DNA of 64,000 nucleotides from a virus. Both the position numbers and the translations under genes were made by a program. The stretch spans positions 32,001-96,000 of the IMG/VR virus record IMGVR_UViG_3300005805_000045; one strand, given 5' to 3'. The notes beneath the pieces were generated by a model, which saw nothing but the letters and a program-made list of their open reading frames with translations, searched no databases and was not told the origin of the DNA. Of the stretch, positions 27,855 through 36,069 are shown piece after piece (within the stretch, counting starts at the first letter, position 1; every line of letters begins with the position of its first letter).

Positions 27855-28564
27855 TAACTGTGACATGTGTAAAATGGGGCAACAAGTACTCGGCAGAATA
27901 CGTTAATCGTCTTGAAGTGATGGTGCGTAAATATCTGAATGCGGAACATCGATTTGTCTGTCTAACTGAAGACCCAACTGACGTAAAATGTGAAACGATT
28001 GCTCTACCAAAAGACAATGATCTGGAGGGTTGGTGGAACAAGATGTATTTGTTCTCTTCTGACTATCTCAAGGACACATGCCTGTATTTTGATCTTGATA
28101 CCGTCATTCAGCAGCCAATTGATTGCCTCCTGGACTATCAGGACAAACTCACTGGCGTATACACGTATTGGAACGACTTCTACACTGACGGAGACTATCC
28201 CTTTGCCATGCTCAAATATAAGACTCCATTTAATTCGTCAGTGATGGTATGGAAAGCTGAAGAATATTATTGGGTCTATGACAAGTTCAACGATGACAGA
28301 GACTGGCATGTCATTAAGTATTATGGTGACGACAAGTTTCTGGGCAATGAGATTGCTGATAAACGAACCTTTCCCAAGGGCTGGATTTACTCCAGACTAT
28401 ACGGAAGATACGAGCACGATTTCCCTACCGAAATACTTCAAATTTACTCAGGGTACGAAGAAGGTCTGTTTCACTATCCTGATCACAAAATCTGTCTATT
28501 CAACGGTCCTACTGTCGATCTTCACTATAAGGGGTTTGAGCACTATTGGAACACTGCTTCGTAA
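27851..28564 (+). CDS. GT-A glycosyltransferase (KWG-x-KY family)
   Basis: CVKWGNKYSAEYVNRL, GWWNKMYLF, YFDLD, FNSSVMVW; TTG start with GGAGG. Confidence 0.85.
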   Translation: MITVTCVKWGNKYSAEYVNRLEVMVRKYLNAEHRFVCLTEDPTDVKCETIALPKDNDLEGWWNKMYLFSSDYLKDTCLYFDLDTVIQQPIDCLLDYQDKLTGVYTYWNDFYTDGDYPFAMLKYKTPFNSSVMVWKAEEYYWVYDKFNDDRDWHVIKYYGDDKFLGNEIADKRTFPKGWIYSRLYGRYEHDFPTEILQIYSGYEEGLFHYPDHKICLFNGPTVDLHYKGFEHYWNTAS

Positions 28565-29139
28565 TCGGAATGTTGGACAACGATATTTCTTGCAAGTATC
28601 TTGAACTAACACTTCCTGAAATAGAAAGAGTCACTTGTATCAAACCAACAATTTGGAATGCTGTTACTCCCCAAACTCTGCCTTCTGGACCTTTACAATT
28701 TCTAAAAACTAAACCAACAATAGGTACACATAGATCACGCAATCTTACAGACACAGAGAAGTCTGTTTGGTATTCACATTTCACTTTATGGAATCATGTG
28801 TCTATGAACTGTGCTTCTGCTTGGATATTTGAACATGATATCGATCTTTCACGTATCATTGTTTTTCCTGAATATACAAGTGACATAGTTACAATCAAAG
28901 AAACAGGAAGTGTTGACTGCTATTATTTAACAAAAAGGGGAGCAACATCATTGTGTCATTTAGCTGTTAGTTCTCCTATAACATTTCAAGTGGACGGGTT
29001 TCTTAGCTCGTTAATAACAACTAGAACCACAATTAAAAACATGCACTTTTGTCCAAAATTACCAATTGAGCAGTTAACAATGTTTGGCACTACTATAGAT
29101 CATCAACCATCATCTGCCACATATCACGATCAGGAATGA
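28546..29139 (+). CDS. GT25-like glycosyltransferase
   Basis: WNAVTP, TEKSVWYSHFTLW, IFEHD, YYLTKRGA, VDGFL. Confidence 0.68.
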   Translation: MEHCFVIGMLDNDISCKYLELTLPEIERVTCIKPTIWNAVTPQTLPSGPLQFLKTKPTIGTHRSRNLTDTEKSVWYSHFTLWNHVSMNCASAWIFEHDIDLSRIIVFPEYTSDIVTIKETGSVDCYYLTKRGATSLCHLAVSSPITFQVDGFLSSLITTRTTIKNMHFCPKLPIEQLTMFGTTIDHQPSSATYHDQE

Positions 29140-29701
29140 CATAACCAAAGGTCAGTCGTTCGCTATGTGATCTCGCACAATGCCAAACAATCTTATCTGG
29201 CTCTTCTTTCTTACCAAAATAACCAACCTTAGCTTGCCACCCAGGAACATCATACTGTGTAACGATTTTCTGAGCCACTGGATCTTTGTATCTAAAGTAT
29301 CCCTTGCCTTCCTTATTATATGACAGAAGAATATTGTAGCCAGGACAGTTCCAGTTGGTGTGCCATCCCATGTAGCCGCCTTCGGGATAGTACATCTTGA
29401 CAGCGCAGAACTTGGCACCAAAGAACGCATTCAGATCACTGTCAAACTTTACAATCTTTTCTCTGAAAGATTCTGGTGTACTTTCTACCATTGTCAAGTC
29501 TTGACCATATGTGCTTTCAGGGAAACCGATATGTTTTTCTTTATCGATTGTGTTGAGATAGTTTTCTGATGTATAATAATCGTTAGTGTCTGGATCACCT
29601 TTTAGTTTGATCAATTTTCGATCAATCGAAAAGAACCATTCGGCAAAAGGATTGATGATCTCTAGGAGAGAAGGATTAAGTTGACGATCAATTAGTTGCA
29701 T
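29093..29701 (-). CDS. 2OG-Fe(II) dioxygenase-like (DSBH) protein
   Basis: YYPEGGYMGWHTN, VWHCA, RLTFGY; start at ATG 29701 directly after upstream stop. Confidence 0.7.
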   Translation of the reverse strand: MQLIDRQLNPSLLEIINPFAEWFFSIDRKLIKLKGDPDTNDYYTSENYLNTIDKEKHIGFPESTYGQDLTMVESTPESFREKIVKFDSDLNAFFGAKFCAVKMYYPEGGYMGWHTNWNCPGYNILLSYNKEGKGYFRYKDPVAQKIVTQYDVPGWQAKVGYFGKKEEPDKIVWHCARSHSERLTFGYVIPDRDMWQMMVDDL

Positions 29702-29703
29702 GG

Positions 29704-30375
29704 TTATCTCACTGTATGATGATAAATGATGACAGGCTTTGACACCTCTGTCTTTATATAGCCGTTGACAAAGTTCCAACGAGCATCTTCATCAAAATAC
29801 TTTCGTCGTATGACATAATCTGTTTTGTTTTGTAGCCACCAATATGCCCATTGATCCCATTGTCTAAGTTCTTCTGGATAGAGATTATTGTCCCATTGCC
29901 ATTCTCCTGACTCTTGCTTCTGATAAAGATTCCACCATTGTCTCATAAATTCTAGAGTACGATCATTGGACCGATACATGAAAAAACCACAATGATCAAT
30001 CAATTCTCCACCAGGAAATTTGGTAATCTTGGCGTTGTACGGTCTGATTTTGGTAATGAGAAGATCAGTTTCATCATCAATTTGATCAAAAATTGTTTTG
30101 ATGTCCTCGTGCATAATTTCCATGTCTGCATCAAGATACACTGTCAGATCATAGGGTGTCTGGCTGAGTGCCCAGAGTTTGGCTCTCTTGTTTCGTGGTG
30201 CACCACCTACGACGGTATCAAACGTGTGATATAGATGATCTTTTACCCAAGCGGTCTCCGTGAACAACGTGACATTGGCTTCAGGCCAATAATCTTTGAG
30301 AGTTTCGCAGCAATATTTGGCAGACAGCAAAAACTTCTCATTGAGAGAAGCGACAATAACGAATCCTTTTTTCAC
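29704..30375 (-). CDS. GT-A glycosyltransferase (GT8-like)
   Basis: AKLWALSQTPYDLTVYLDAD, WDQW, RWNF, IIYHH. Confidence 0.75.
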   Translation of the reverse strand: MKKGFVIVASLNEKFLLSAKYCCETLKDYWPEANVTLFTETAWVKDHLYHTFDTVVGGAPRNKRAKLWALSQTPYDLTVYLDADMEIMHEDIKTIFDQIDDETDLLITKIRPYNAKITKFPGGELIDHCGFFMYRSNDRTLEFMRQWWNLYQKQESGEWQWDNNLYPEELRQWDQWAYWWLQNKTDYVIRRKYFDEDARWNFVNGYIKTEVSKPVIIYHHTVR

Positions 30376-30830
30376 TCTGTTTGCTCTGCTTTTGCCTTCT
30401 TGGTTTTCTTGGGAGTTTGAAGTGATTCTGTTACCAATAACAAAGAGGTGTAAGCTGTCACTTCCATAATCGTTTTGGCTCGTCTGATCTTTGATTTAAG
30501 CTCAGTGTTCTTTGAGTTTTTGATTTCTTCGATTGAGAATGCCTCAAGCTTGGCATTAAAGATTGCTTCATTCTTCATCGTCTCTTGACGTTCTTTGTGT
30601 TTTTGTTCTTCAAACTTCTTTTGTTCACGCATACCTTGCAAAAAGTCTTCGGTGTTTTTATCAAGGACTTCACGACTGAAAAGTTCCATAATCTCTTTCC
30701 AGTCAGGATTGCCTTCTTCGGTATCCTGAACAACAGCATTTAGTATCTTGCCGTCTTCATATCTGAATGTACACCAGACTTTAGTTTTAGAATCGTTTGC
30801 CCATCTAGCGTTCGCAATTTCTCGTTTCAT
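30372..30830 (-). CDS. hypothetical coiled-coil protein (possible chaperone of repeat protein)
   Basis: Coupled between repeat protein and GT; FNAKLEAFSIEEIKNS..KSKIRRAK. Confidence 0.6.
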   Translation of the reverse strand: MKREIANARWANDSKTKVWCTFRYEDGKILNAVVQDTEEGNPDWKEIMELFSREVLDKNTEDFLQGMREQKKFEEQKHKERQETMKNEAIFNAKLEAFSIEEIKNSKNTELKSKIRRAKTIMEVTAYTSLLLVTESLQTPKKTKKAKAEQTE

Positions 30831-30831
30831 T

Positions 30832-32124
30832 TTAAGCTGTCCTTATCCATAAACTAACTGTTGACACTGTGTCTTTTGTTGCAAGAACTGTTTGACCTGT
30901 ATAACTACCTGTATAGGTTCCTGAGTATGTAATACCAGCATATGTACCTGAGAAATTTTGAGAATATGTTCCAGAATAGTATCCAGTATAATAACCAGTA
31001 TAGGTTCCAGAATAATATCCATTCAAGAAACCAGCAAAAAATCTTGCATATGCTCCTGTGTAATTTCCTGCATAGGTTCCTGCATATGCACCAGTGAAGT
31101 TCTGAGAATATGTGCCTGTATAATTGAGACCCACATAATTTCCAGAATATGATGGACCAGAATATGCACCAGTGAAAAATCCTGTGTAGAATCCAGTATA
31201 ATTGCCAACATAATATCCATTCAAGAAACCAGCAAAGAATCTTGCATATCCACCAGCATAAACTCCAGAAAATGCTCGTGAATATGATCCTGAATATGAT
31301 GCTGCATAAAAACCAGTATAGGCAGGTACATAAGCACCAGTGTAGTTTCCAGAGTATGATTGATTACCCAGTGAATGTCGTGTATCAGAGAAAGCTTGTC
31401 CTGCTAGTACCCACGTTCCGCCTGTTCCTGGAGCAGCAGTTTGCAGTGCATATTTGCCGATGCCAGTTGTTCTGATATATTTTCTTAGCAGCGGTGCCAT
31501 ATTCTTGATCTGAGTATCAGACATTTCAATCAAACCTGATTTATCTGTCTTATACGTTAATGACCGAATTGTTGTAGGTGTTGTTGTGTTTGCTGTTTTT
31601 TGCCACAAATATGTATTGGAACTTCCAACGAATCCGATGTTAGCTTTGTCTGTAATTGTTGCTCTTGAAATCCATGTACCATCAGAGGGGGATGTGGGTT
31701 GCAGCTTATACATCCCAATACCACCGTTGACTAGAGTATTGGCTGTTACTGATATGATATAATTTTCTAGGTCAGTGTTTGCTTGAGGATTGAGACCCGT
31801 GCTAGAATCGTATTGCATAGGTCTGGAATTTGCATTTACATCTTCAGAATATGTTTGTAAGTTTTGAAAGAACTCGTAGGTTTCAGAGACGACTTCAGTT
31901 CCAACAGGATGAGCACCAACAGCATGATTTCTGTATGTATCGGTAAATGTACCAATCAGAGTCATACCAGAATTAGAACCAGGATTCACATAAAGCATAC
32001 CAGTCAATTCATCTACGACAAACTGCTCTAAGATTCTATGTGAGATATACGCAATCTCAGTGTTCGATATTTCTTTCAGAGAAACAGGAGTTGTTAAACT
32101 GTCAGCCTTGAGCGGTCTTGCCAT
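30832..32124 (-). CDS. putative virion fibre protein with C-terminal [YF]-x-G-x tetrapeptide repeat
   Basis: About 155 aa such as YSGNYTGAY...YTGFYTGFFTGAYSG...YSGTYTGSYTG; N-terminal part has two related domains. Confidence 0.7.
   Translation of the reverse strand: MARPLKADSLTTPVSLKEISNTEIAYISHRILEQFVVDELTGMLYVNPGSNSGMTLIGTFTDTYRNHAVGAHPVGTEVVSETYEFFQNLQTYSEDVNANSRPMQYDSSTGLNPQANTDLENYIISVTANTLVNGGIGMYKLQPTSPSDGTWISRATITDKANIGFVGSSNTYLWQKTANTTTPTTIRSLTYKTDKSGLIEMSDTQIKNMAPLLRKYIRTTGIGKYALQTAAPGTGGTWVLAGQAFSDTRHSLGNQSYSGNYTGAYVPAYTGFYAASYSGSYSRAFSGVYAGGYARFFAGFLNGYYVGNYTGFYTGFFTGAYSGPSYSGNYVGLNYTGTYSQNFTGAYAGTYAGNYTGAYARFFAGFLNGYYSGTYTGYYTGYYSGTYSQNFSGTYAGITYSGTYTGSYTGQTVLATKDTVSTVSLWIRTA
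31012..31249. repeat. 40-bp near-exact direct repeat (31012-31051, 31210-31249) in the Y-x-G region
   Basis: ataatatccattcaagaaaccagcaaa[a/g]aatcttgcatat encodes YARFFAGFLNGYY twice, 198 nt apart. Confidence 0.85.
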
Positions 32125-32140
32125 ATTCTAAAACCAATCT

Positions 32141-32593
32141 TTATGGATAAATCTGATTATTATTTACATCGAAAATTTTCAGCATGGGAAACCAATAGTT
32201 TCTCGTTCCATTTGTCATAAGGACTTGATTTGCTGATCCTGTTGTTCCATTATTTGCATGAGTCTGAATTGAATTTACGTTGATGTTTCCTGTAAATTTC
32301 AGGTTTCCGTTGAACGTAATATCAGTGGTATTTGCTAGTGCTGCATTAGCCTTAGCAAAAGCCGCAGTGGTGTTGGCGTCAACAAGATATGTGTAATAGT
32401 TGGCTGAATTGGCTTTAGCAAAGGAAGCACTTGTGTTGGCATCAACAAGATAGGTGTAGTAATTAGCCGAGTTTGCTTTACCAAATGCGTTTGCTGTCAA
32501 TCCATCATTTTGATCTAGAGAAACGATAACCTGATTGGTTCTTGTTCTCCAAGTATCAAATGTATCTGTAAGTGCTACGTTTGCTAATGGCAT
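32141..32593 (-). CDS. short fibre/collar-type structural protein
   Basis: LTDTFDTWRTRTN N-terminus; ANSANYYTYLVDANT repeats; GSANQVLMTNG. Confidence 0.65.
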   Translation of the reverse strand: MPLANVALTDTFDTWRTRTNQVIVSLDQNDGLTANAFGKANSANYYTYLVDANTSASFAKANSANYYTYLVDANTTAAFAKANAALANTTDITFNGNLKFTGNINVNSIQTHANNGTTGSANQVLMTNGTRNYWFPMLKIFDVNNNQIYP

Positions 32594-32623
32594 TTTTGAG
32601 TAAATCCTTTACGTGCTTTTTTG

Positions 32624-32630
32624 TATTTAT
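32624..32630 (-). promoter_or_regulatory. late promoter for 150-aa fibre, repeat protein and first modification genes
   Basis: TATTTAT on + strand, AAAGGA SD downstream. Confidence 0.55.
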
Positions 32631-32698
32631 CTAACATAAATTAAAACATTATCAGAGAGTCTATGCACGGTTGTTTCTGATGATGTTAGTCTATACAT
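32627..32698 (-). pseudogene. truncated copy of the fibre-chaperone gene at 34168-34602
   Basis: [23 protein letters not shown] versus [22 protein letters not shown]; similarity stops after about 17 codons. Confidence 0.8.
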
Positions 32699-32712
32699 TG
32701 TTGTTCCCTTTT

Positions 32713-34158
32713 TTAGAGTTCTGCTGATGCTGTGTAATGAATATACCATTTGTCGTTGTAGTTAAATTGATCACTATAAGCAACAGCCTTTGTTTGTCCT
32801 ATATTAGTTCCACCCACCGCTCTATTTAATGTGCTTGTATAAAAAGACCCGACAGTACCGTCCGTTGAATATGTCGTTAGTGTTGGAACTGCCCTCATTG
32901 TTACAGGATAAATGAAATTTACGCCTGCCCAGGAAACACCAGATGTTGCATACCAAGATGAGCCAGAATATGAACCATTATATGTTGATGTTCCAGGATT
33001 TGTAGATGTGTCGTAACTTTTGTTATAATACCTCTGACACAATGCTAACTCAGTTCCAAGAGGTCGCACTTCAAATGGTGTGGCCGACGGTCCTGCTTCT
33101 AATTGAACTTGAGCAATATCAAATGTTCCTGATCTTTGACCTAGTGAATTGGTACGAGAGTTGAAGTTGGAACCAGCATCCAACCAAAAATTGACACCCA
33201 AATAGTTAGCATTAGCAGAATCTACAGTTTTACCAGACACACTTGGCAAAGTAATAGTTGTATTAAATTTTTGCCATGATGATGTCAAAGAATATGTGGT
33301 AACATTTATACCATTAGCTTCTGCTGATCCATTGGTGCCGAAGTTTTGAACAAACTCAACAGCAACATTCTTTGATGAATCAGCTTTGGCATAGAAACTT
33401 AGTGTAGCGACCTGACCAGCCAATGTTTTGACCGACTCAACTCTTTGTCCAATATAGATTCCGTTTGCAGTACCAGTAGAACTGATTGTGTTTGCTCTGT
33501 AGAAGTAGTCTGGTTCAAAAGGAACATCAGTTTGACCATGAGTGAATGTTTGTCGTGAAATGTTTAAGGTTGGTGATCCTGTCTTGACGTTGATCCAACG
33601 ATCTGCAACATATTGACCAGACACGACGTTAGTATTGCTCGTTTGCCGTTGCCAAAAATCAAATTCACCGTTGATGATCTTGTTTCTGAAAGACTGGACA
33701 GGACTTATATTTGATCCTGCAATCGTGACACTGTTGTTGGTTATAACAACACTTCCAGTACCAACTCTCAAATTTCCAGTAACAGCCAAATCAGATGAAA
33801 CGTTGATATTACCAGACACGACCAAATTGCTGTTGACATTGATTGCATTTGCAAATGTACCTCCACGAGATGCAGACACGGTATCAGAGACAGAGAACAC
33901 TCCATACACAATGATCTCAATCAGATCATCTGCTTGTGCGCCTGATGCAAGCACGACAGATGTGAGTGATGTGGCTGTATAATCTTCGATCTTTTGTAGT
34001 AATACACCATTCAGGTACACGTCCACATATTCACTGTCTGTATATTTGAGAATTAATCCATAGATATCAGTGCCAGAGAACGTCGTCTGTCCTGCTGTTG
34101 CAGTGTAATGGTATCTTTGTCTAACCGATTGCTGTGGACTATTTCCAATGTATGGCAT
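32713..34158 (-). CDS. tail fibre/receptor-binding protein with carbohydrate-binding-like domain
   Basis: MPYIGNSP, ATAGQTTF, VDVYLNGVLL; FRNKIINGEFDFWQR...QVQLEAGPSATPFE..ELALCQRYY. Confidence 0.8.
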   Translation of the reverse strand: MPYIGNSPQQSVRQRYHYTATAGQTTFSGTDIYGLILKYTDSEYVDVYLNGVLLQKIEDYTATSLTSVVLASGAQADDLIEIIVYGVFSVSDTVSASRGGTFANAINVNSNLVVSGNINVSSDLAVTGNLRVGTGSVVITNNSVTIAGSNISPVQSFRNKIINGEFDFWQRQTSNTNVVSGQYVADRWINVKTGSPTLNISRQTFTHGQTDVPFEPDYFYRANTISSTGTANGIYIGQRVESVKTLAGQVATLSFYAKADSSKNVAVEFVQNFGTNGSAEANGINVTTYSLTSSWQKFNTTITLPSVSGKTVDSANANYLGVNFWLDAGSNFNSRTNSLGQRSGTFDIAQVQLEAGPSATPFEVRPLGTELALCQRYYNKSYDTSTNPGTSTYNGSYSGSSWYATSGVSWAGVNFIYPVTMRAVPTLTTYSTDGTVGSFYTSTLNRAVGGTNIGQTKAVAYSDQFNYNDKWYIHYTASAEL

Positions 34159-34167
34159 AATCTTCCT

Positions 34168-34602
34168 TTATCGTGTTGATGCGACTCTGAAAAAGTCATC
34201 AATGTCTTCCTCAGATGCACCTGAAGCAGTCATAATAAAAATCAATAATGGATTAGTACGCATATATGTATCTGCTGCAAAGTCTGTTTCTGCTTTGATT
34301 CTATCTTCTTCAGTCATTTGAGAAAAGATTTGAGATACTATACCAGGAACATCTCCATACTTTGTCATATTTAGAGCTTCTTGAGCAGTGATAAGAGTTC
34401 TTTCACGAAGCTCAATTGCACATTGACGACGAGTGATTGACTGTGGAACTGGTGGTGGAGGTGGCACATAGGGTTCTGGTTCATTACCCTCGGCTAACCA
34501 TGCAAGGTATTCTTGATAGTCACGATTGCCACCATCAAAAGGAATAAAAGCATTATCAGAGAGTCTGTGCACTGTGTTAGGTGATGATGTTAGTTTATAC
34601 AT
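34168..34602 (-). CDS. tail fibre assembly chaperone-like protein
   Basis: [23 protein letters not shown]; VPQSITRRQ...IDDFFRVAS. Confidence 0.7.
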   Translation of the reverse strand: MYKLTSSPNTVHRLSDNAFIPFDGGNRDYQEYLAWLAEGNEPEPYVPPPPPVPQSITRRQCAIELRERTLITAQEALNMTKYGDVPGIVSQIFSQMTEEDRIKAETDFAADTYMRTNPLLIFIMTASGASEEDIDDFFRVASTR

Positions 34603-34614
34603 TGTTTATTCTCT

Positions 34615-34642
34615 ACGAAGTTGAACGAAGTTATACGAAGTT
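34615..34642. repeat. three tandem ACGAAGTT repeats with 10-bp period
   Basis: ACGAAGTT at 34615, 34625, 34635, just upstream of the chaperone start. Confidence 0.85.
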
Positions 34643-34804
34643 GTTTTTAGAGTTCTGCTGATGCTGTATAATGACCATAAACATAATTTCCTGATCATTA
34701 CCAACTGGGTAGTCAAGAGTATAGCTTGTTCCACCATTACCTGTTATGGTTTGTTTGCGAATGACTTTATAGTTTGCTGCTGGTATAGAACCAAGATATG
34801 CCAT
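34631..34804 (-). pseudogene. internally deleted tail fibre gene
   Basis: MAYLGSIPAANYKVIRKQTITGNGGTSYTLDYPVGNDQEI joined out of frame to YVYGHYTASAEL* (stop 34647-34649), the same C-terminus as the 481-aa fibre. Confidence 0.8.
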
Positions 34805-34819
34805 TGTTCTATGAAATCC

Positions 34820-35059
34820 TTACATGTTATTCAAAATGGTCTTGAGGGTTGTTACATTTGTGGCAGCATCAATTTGTGTCTGAATCGCATCATATTTATT
34901 TCTTATCTGCTGTCTTTCTGCCTCTGCTTCTTGTGCAGATTTACCGGGAATTTGTTTAGCAATGATGTCATCTAATGGAGCAAATTCTTCTGCTCTTTTG
35001 GCTCGGCGGTTTTCGTGAGCAATAACTTTGGCTTTGGTTAGATTGATCTTGATGCCCAT
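34820..35059 (-). CDS. fibre assembly chaperone-like protein (C-part)
   Basis: INLTKAKVIAHENRRAKRAEEFAPLD...AEAERQQIR. Confidence 0.6.
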   Translation of the reverse strand: MGIKINLTKAKVIAHENRRAKRAEEFAPLDDIIAKQIPGKSAQEAEAERQQIRNKYDAIQTQIDAATNVTTLKTILNNM

Positions 35060-35247
35060 TACTCGTACTCCCAGGCATTTCTAAATGTACGATCTGATGG
35101 AACTTCAGACACATCAATGATCTGAAATGGTTTACCAGCAGGGACATCTTTAGCTGCAATCTCTTCAATCGTCATAGCACATTCTGGTGCAGGAACTATC
35201 ACTGCAACACCACCATCATCTGTAGGATATATAATTCTTTGGTTCAT
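35059..35247 (-). CDS. fibre assembly chaperone-like protein (N-part)
   Basis: IIYPTDDGGVAVIVP...IAAKDVPAG...PSDRTFRNAW. Confidence 0.6.
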   Translation of the reverse strand: MNQRIIYPTDDGGVAVIVPAPECAMTIEEIAAKDVPAGKPFQIIDVSEVPSDRTFRNAWEYE

Positions 35248-35257
35248 TGTTTCTCCT

Positions 35258-35731
35258 TTAGCGGAAAAAGGCTACATTAAAGTAAGTCGAATCTGCATAT
35301 GCAAAAGTATCATCTCGTGCAAAACTAAGAATCCTAATTGATCCGGTTGATGGCGCAGCGTTGTTTTGTGTGGCTGCAATTTGAACACCTGTGCACACTG
35401 TTGAATAATTAGCATCCGGCATCGCATTAGTAAAGTTGACCGTATAGTCCCCAGTACCGTTGTCCGTGATGCTAGACACATTACCACTACCTCTGATGGC
35501 AATTGTGCCAGTTCCATTGAAGTTCACCCAAGCACGGACACCATACATCGTTGCTGCTGAACCGTATCCTGAGTTAGCTTTCAGATTACCAGTGATTGCT
35601 GTGTTTCCGGCAACATGCAGTTGTTCAGTAGGGCTACTTGTCCCAATCCCAATTCGATTATTGGAACTATCAACATAAAGAGTGTTATCACTGTCTGCAA
35701 CTTTACTTAATCCAAAAGCTTTACTGACCAT
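35258..35731 (-). CDS. short tail fibre tip protein
   Basis: RIGIGTSSP shaft motif; RAWVNFNGTGTIAIRGSGNVSSITDNGTGDYTVNF. Confidence 0.7.
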   Translation of the reverse strand: MVSKAFGLSKVADSDNTLYVDSSNNRIGIGTSSPTEQLHVAGNTAITGNLKANSGYGSAATMYGVRAWVNFNGTGTIAIRGSGNVSSITDNGTGDYTVNFTNAMPDANYSTVCTGVQIAATQNNAAPSTGSIRILSFARDDTFAYADSTYFNVAFFR

Positions 35732-36063
35732 TATGTGATCTCCAGAATGCTCATAATGACATCAGCAGAATTGGCTGTGTCGGATTTGACGAGAATGCGA
35801 TCACTTGTCTCCAGCACAACTTTTTGATCACCACCCACAATGACAAGAGTACTACCTGATGGAACTGGCGCATCTTTAATCAAGTGTGTGTTGCTTGATC
35901 CTGTGTCTAATGTGGCATCAACAAAAATCTGTCCAGTGGTTTTATTTGCGACTGATAGACCAATTACCGTCACTTGCGTTGCTGCACCTACAGTATAAGA
36001 ACCCACCGAAGCAAAGGTATTGCTCACATTTGTTGACAATTTTCGTTTAAAAGTATTTGGCAT
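35731..36063 (-). CDS. virion structural protein
   Basis: MPNTFKRK...VIGLSVAN...KVVLET...DVIMSILEIT beta-sandwich type. Confidence 0.6.
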   Translation of the reverse strand: MPNTFKRKLSTNVSNTFASVGSYTVGAATQVTVIGLSVANKTTGQIFVDATLDTGSSNTHLIKDAPVPSGSTLVIVGGDQKVVLETSDRILVKSDTANSADVIMSILEIT

Positions 36064-36069
36064 TTTCCC

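Noticed and set aside
30850-31360. CRISPR array or non-coding tandem repeat
   Set aside because: Periodicity is 12 nt with synonymous variation, explained by the Y-x-G-x protein repeat; no repeat-spacer structure
34613-34644. Functional loxP site or cloning artefact
   Set aside because: Arms are direct repeats without the inverted 13-8-13 layout, and there is no vector sequence nearby
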